From contig CAWCTR010000030.1 in NCBI GenBank assembly GCA_963798485.1, positions 32,001 through 96,000 of the forward strand: a stretch of 64,000 bases of DNA. Reading direction: 5' to 3'. Position numbers and translations under genes: made by a program. Shown piece by piece: positions 60,207-64,000 of the stretch. This stretch comes from an uncultured delta proteobacterium. GTDB lineage: Bacteria; Desulfobacterota; Desulfomonilia; UBA1062. Under the pieces are notes generated by a model that saw nothing but the letters and a program-made list of their open reading frames with translations, was not told where the DNA came from and made no database searches. Positions within the stretch are counted from its first letter, which is position 1; each line of letters starts with the position of its first letter.

Positions 60207-61486
60207 CTGATATCCTCATCCGTGTTCATCTCGGTCATGGTCATGAGCACCCCGTCTTCAATCTCCGGATAGTGAGGTGCCAAGGGGATGCCATAGGCAA
60301 TGCCCTTTTCCTCTAGTTTCATGCGGGCGCCCCTGTCAATGCGGACCACGAATTCGTTGAACACGGCTGATGGGAAGACAGGGCTTATCCCTTTTTCCTG
60401 TAATGCCGCCATCAGGGTGCGCGCCCCTGCGGCGCACTGCATGGCCACCTCGCGCAGACCCCTGGGCCCGAGAGCGCTCAGATAAACCGCGGCTCGTAAT
60501 GTGCACAGACCCTCGTTGGTGCATATGTTCGAAGTGGCCTTTTCCCTACGGATATGCTGCTCGCGTGTGGAGAGCGTCAGGCAGAAGGCGCGTTTGCCTG
60601 AGAGGTCTTTCGTAAGACCTACGATCCTGCCCGGTATGCGCCGGATATGCTCTCTCTTGGTGCAGAAGAACCCCAGTAACGGCCCTCCTGCATTTGCCGG
60701 GTTGCCCAATGACTGGGCCTCGCCCACCACCACGTCGCACCCAAAGGAGCCGGGCGGCTTAAGCGCCCCGAAAGAGAGGGCCTCGCCTACTACTATGCCC
60801 CAGAATCCTGCCTTGGCTGCGATGTGTGAGATGCTCTCCAGGTCCTCGATGATGCCGAAATAGTTCGGCTGCTGGATGAAGAACGCGGTATTGCCGTCTA
60901 AAAGGTCTTCCAGCGCCTTTGTGCTTATCTTTCCCGTCACAGGGTCAAAGGGCGCCTCCACGAGGGTAACGGCAGGGTTATTTTTGAAATAAGTCTGCAC
61001 TACGCCCAGGTAGGCAGGGTTCGTGGCGCGGGAGATAACGACCCTCTCAACCCCCTTTGCCCGCGTAGCCATGATGGCCGCCTCTGCCAGGGCAGTTGCG
61101 CCGTCGTACATGGAGGCGTTCGATGCATCCATACCGGTCAGCGTCGCCATCATGCTCTGGAATTCGAAGGTGGCCTGCAGCGTTCCCTGGCTGATCTCCG
61201 GTTGGTAGGGGGTATAGGAGGTGAGGAATTCCTGCCGTGAGGCCACCATGTCCACAACAGCAGGGATGAAGTGCCGATAGATCCCGCCACCCAGGAAGGC
61301 GGCCCCTTGCGCCGGCACCTGGAAGCGCCTGCGGAGAGCAAGCTCATCAAGGGGGCCTTCCACCTTGAGCGGTGCCTTGCATCGGGCCTCTTCCGGGATG
61401 CCCGTGAAGAGCTGTTCAACATCATCGATACCTATCGCATCGAGGAGCTCTTTGAGGTCATGGCCGCTTGTGGGGAGAAAGGGCAT
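60185..61486 (-). CDS. gcvPA: Glycine dehydrogenase (decarboxylating) subunit 1
   Basis: SYTPYQPEISQG; NASMYDG; TREQHIRREKATSNICTN. Confidence 0.95.
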   Translation of the reverse strand: MPFLPTSGHDLKELLDAIGIDDVEQLFTGIPEEARCKAPLKVEGPLDELALRRRFQVPAQGAAFLGGGIYRHFIPAVVDMVASRQEFLTSYTPYQPEISQGTLQATFEFQSMMATLTGMDASNASMYDGATALAEAAIMATRAKGVERVVISRATNPAYLGVVQTYFKNNPAVTLVEAPFDPVTGKISTKALEDLLDGNTAFFIQQPNYFGIIEDLESISHIAAKAGFWGIVVGEALSFGALKPPGSFGCDVVVGEAQSLGNPANAGGPLLGFFCTKREHIRRIPGRIVGLTKDLSGKRAFCLTLSTREQHIRREKATSNICTNEGLCTLRAAVYLSALGPRGLREVAMQCAAGARTLMAALQEKGISPVFPSAVFNEFVVRIDRGARMKLEEKGIAYGIPLAPHYPEIEDGVLMTMTEMNTDEDIRCLTHLL

Positions 61487-61876
61487 CTACTTGGCTTCTT
61501 TCGCAAGATAGTCCCGGTAGGCGTCCGTATCCATGAGGCTGCCGAGCCCACCGGTTTCAGGGGAGGCAATGACGACCATCCATCCCCTGCCATAGCAGTC
61601 CTGGTTGACGAGTTCAGGGCTCGTCTCCAGTTCGGCGTTTACCTCGGTTATTGTACCTTACATCGGCGAGTAGACCTCGGAAACCGCCTTGACCGACTCC
61701 ACCGTACCGATGGAATCGCCCTTTTTCACCGTGCTGCCCACGGGCTTGAGGTCTACAAACACAATGTCCCCAAGCTCATGCTGGGCATAGTCCGTGATAC
61801 CCAGGCGCACCGAGCCGTTTTCCGTCTTTGCCCACTCATGTTCTTTCGTATAGCGCAAACCATCCGGAATATTCAT
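61487..61876 (-). pseudogene. gcvH: Glycine cleavage H protein interrupted by an in-frame TAA (nonsense mutation or sequencing error)
   Basis: YTKEHEW...GITDYAQ...[39 protein letters not shown]...; stop at 61658-61660; the frame continues to a TAG abutting gcvPA. Confidence 0.9.
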
Positions 61877-61902
61877 CTTATGCCCTCACAAAAAATAAAA
61901 AT

Positions 61903-62982
61903 TCACGCCTTGAGAACCCCGCTCACAAAAGGAGGCCTTTTTATGCGCGCCTTCAGGTTCCTGTCCCTCACCTCGATGAAGACCTCGTCGCCCTCTTTAA
62001 CGGCCGTATCTATGTAGCCGAGCGCTATGCCCGAGCCTGAAACCGGGGAGATGCTCCCTGATGTGACAATACCCACCTCGTTGCCAGCCTTGATGCACCT
62101 ACAGCCCTCGCGCGGGATGCCCCTATCCAGTACTATAAGGCCTGTAAGCCTTCTTGTGAAGCCCTTTTGCTGCTGATCAAGAAGGGCCTGCCTGCCGATG
62201 AAGTCAGCCTTCTTCAGGTCCACGGCAAAGCCCAGCCCCGCTTCAAGCGGGGTTGTGTCCTCGGTGATGTCGTTGCCGTGAAGGGGATAGCCCATTTCGA
62301 GCCTCAGCGTGTCGCGTGCACCCAGCCCACACGGGACAGCGCCAGCGTTTATGAACGACTGCCAGAGGACAGGGGCTTTTTCAGGAGAAAGGAAGATCTC
62401 CACCCCGCCTGCACCGGTGTAGCCGGTGAGTGAGATAATGAGCCGGCCATAGTCTTTGGTGTCCTGCACGACAAAGGTATGAAAAGGGAGACCCTCGATA
62501 TTGAATGCAAGGCAGGTCGTAAGGATTTGACCCGAGGCCGGGCCCTGGAGCGCAATCATGGCATAGCCCTCGCTAACGTCTTCGATGATGGCGCCGCAGG
62601 TGTTCTGCTTGAGCATCCAGCCATAATCCTTATCCTTGTTCGCGGAATTGACGCAGAGCAGGTAGCGTTTTCCTGGCTCCATGCAGTAGCTGAACAGGTC
62701 GTCTATGATGCCGCCCTTTTCGTTCAGAAAGAAGGTGTACAGGGCCTGCCCCTTTTTCATGGAGGCGATGTCCCTGGTGAGGAGGTGGTCGAGATAACGT
62801 ACGGCCATGTCTCCTTTCACCTCGATCTCGCCCATATGGCTCACGTCGAAAAGGCCTGCATGCCTCCTGGTGGCCATGTGCTCTTCCTTGATGCCGGTAT
62901 ACCAGACAGGCATTTCCCAGCCATGGAAATCCACCATCTTGGCCTTAAGATTTTCATGCTCATGATGGAGCGGGGTCTTCAT
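61903..62982 (-). CDS. gcvT: Glycine cleavage aminomethyltransferase T
   Basis: KTPLH; FDVSHMG; GYTG; GLGARDTLRLE; ATG 62982 after GAGG. Confidence 0.95.
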   Translation of the reverse strand: MKTPLHHEHENLKAKMVDFHGWEMPVWYTGIKEEHMATRRHAGLFDVSHMGEIEVKGDMAVRYLDHLLTRDIASMKKGQALYTFFLNEKGGIIDDLFSYCMEPGKRYLLCVNSANKDKDYGWMLKQNTCGAIIEDVSEGYAMIALQGPASGQILTTCLAFNIEGLPFHTFVVQDTKDYGRLIISLTGYTGAGGVEIFLSPEKAPVLWQSFINAGAVPCGLGARDTLRLEMGYPLHGNDITEDTTPLEAGLGFAVDLKKADFIGRQALLDQQQKGFTRRLTGLIVLDRGIPREGCRCIKAGNEVGIVTSGSISPVSGSGIALGYIDTAVKEGDEVFIEVRDRNLKARIKRPPFVSGVLKA

Positions 62983-63087
62983 GGAAACCTCTTCATTCAT
63001 ATCATCAACGAAAACCGGTGAATGCCTCATCTTTAGCATGCACGAACGAGACATGCAACAGGCGAGCATAGCATAGCTGAAAGACCT

Positions 63088-63215
63088 TTGTATAACCTAC
63101 CCATCGGTCATTGCGAGGAGCCGAAGGCGACGTGGCAATCTCATAAAACTCGAACTGTGCCAAGATGCAGGTATTGCTTCGCTTCGCTCGCAATGACTGA
63201 CATAGGGTTATGCAA
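63088..63215. repeat. Palindromic repeat of the GTCATTGCGAG...CTCGCAATGAC type
   Basis: Inverted GTCATTGCGAG/CTCGCAATGAC plus outer TTGTATAACC/GGTTATGCAA. Confidence 0.75.
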
Positions 63216-63233
63216 TAGCCTCTAAAGAGTATA

Positions 63234-63360
63234 ATTCCAATTCTCAATCAAAGCGCTATCTTTGTCGGCTTCGTTATCGGCTCCTCGACGTACGATTAAA
63301 GTACGCCTGCGTCGCCTCTTCCTTGCCACCTCGATATCATCTTTGATTTAGAAAGGGAAT
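63234..63360. repeat. Second palindromic repeat element
   Basis: Imperfect outer inverted repeat ATTCC..TTCT.AATCAAAG / CTTTGATT.AGAA..GGAAT; inner CGTAC-GATTAAA-GTACG. Confidence 0.6.
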
Positions 63361-63464
63361 AAGACATGTTGATTACCCGAATCCTTGACGAACGACGTAG
63401 TCTGCAGTGTCAGTCGGGGTTAAATCTTTAACCCGGATTTTGCTTTTGGGAGCCAGGGAAAATC

Positions 63465-63536
63465 TGTAGGAGCGGCTTCAGCCGCGATTTGTGCGGAGAA
63501 TACATGAATTTTATCGCGGCTAAAGCCGCTCCTACA
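63465..63536. repeat. GTAG-type REP doublet (REPIN-like)
   Basis: TGTAGGAGCGGCTTCAGCCGCGA ... TCGCGGCTAAAGCCGCTCCTACA. Confidence 0.85.
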
Positions 63537-63544
63537 TCTCGCTC

Positions 63545-64000
63545 CTAAAGAACCTTTATCTGATCTGAGATCCAGGCCTTTGCTTCCTCGTTCAGGAACT
63601 GCCAGAGACCGAGATTCTTGAGGGTGTCCACGGTGGGTATACCGGTTTCTGTCCAGCCCCGCTCGCGATAATATTCCCTGATGAGCTCGGTTAACTGGTC
63701 TTTCCGGTACTTCATCAGGGTTTCCCGCTTTTCAGCTGTGGCCATTTTCCGGATCTCATCCAAAGGTTTTTTCATGATCCCGCTGAGCTCGGAATCGTTA
63801 TAGTCATTTTCAGCCTCGTACAGGTTATCATCGGTAGGCCCGATTGCCCGGTCCGGTATCCAGTCGTGTTTACCGATATCAATGCCGAAGATCATGGCAT
63901 TCATGACCCTCTGGAGATTGATGTCCCTGTCCGTCTGCTCAAAGATCTCCTGCCAGGTCATGTTTGTCCCGAGCATGGCGTTATAAAAATCCGCGTAGAT
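63545..64000 (-). CDS. Aldehyde:ferredoxin oxidoreductase family protein, C-terminal part (5' end lies outside the window)
   Basis: C-terminal YYRERGW...GIPTVDTLKNLGL signature; frame open to the window end. Confidence 0.75.
   Translation of the reverse strand: MYADFYNAMLGTNMTWQEIFEQTDRDINLQRVMNAMIFGIDIGKHDWIPDRAIGPTDDNLYEAENDYNDSELSGIMKKPLDEIRKMATAEKRETLMKYRKDQLTELIREYYRERGWTETGIPTVDTLKNLGLWQFLNEEAKAWISDQIKVL

Noticed and set aside
61658-61660. Selenocysteine or pyrrolysine recoding in gcvH
   Set aside because: The codon is TAA, not TGA or TAG, and the position is normally Ser.
62983-63090. Glycine riboswitch upstream of gcvT
   Set aside because: The conserved aptamer motifs (GGAGAG, CCGAAG, CUCUCAGG) are not seen; only a plausible sigma70 promoter is present.

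Overview
Bacterial chromosomal segment, most likely from an anaerobic deltaproteobacterium (Desulfobacterota-like; inferred from gene order and protein style). The housekeeping blocks are tolB(partial)-pal-cpoB, glgP-pyk-tRNA-Leu(TAG), resB-ccsA, yceD-rpmF-fabD-fabG-acpP-fabF-rpiB-glyA-nrdR-ribD-ribE-ribBA-ribH-nusB, an ECF sigma/anti-sigma pair, gcvT-gcvH-gcvPA-gcvPB and a partial aldehyde:ferredoxin oxidoreductase. gcvH carries an in-frame TAA. The first accessory region follows the tRNA and contains a Type IIG restriction-modification gene, a MITE, antitoxin remnants, an AAA+/DUF4143 ATPase, a hybrid kinase and a 2904-aa cyclic beta-1,2-glucan synthase. The second contains an intact IS110-family element, a GT-C-like TPR membrane protein and a serpin. 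Four observations stand out. (1) A complete counterpart of the mycobacterial methylmannose polysaccharide (MMP) cluster (ManT, OrfD, MmpH, MeT1), extended by an O-acyltransferase and a B12-radical SAM enzyme (51211-57312). (2) An IS110 with a ~450-nt structured downstream non-coding end, a promoter that forms on circularisation and junction-matching guide-like segments. (3) A candidate sigma54-dependent ~80-nt RNA with two anti-Shine-Dalgarno motifs. (4) Short GGG(G)AC/GTCAGG repeat motifs that bracket the AT-rich accessory genes like cassette borders. All protein family assignments come from motif recognition by eye; no searches were run.
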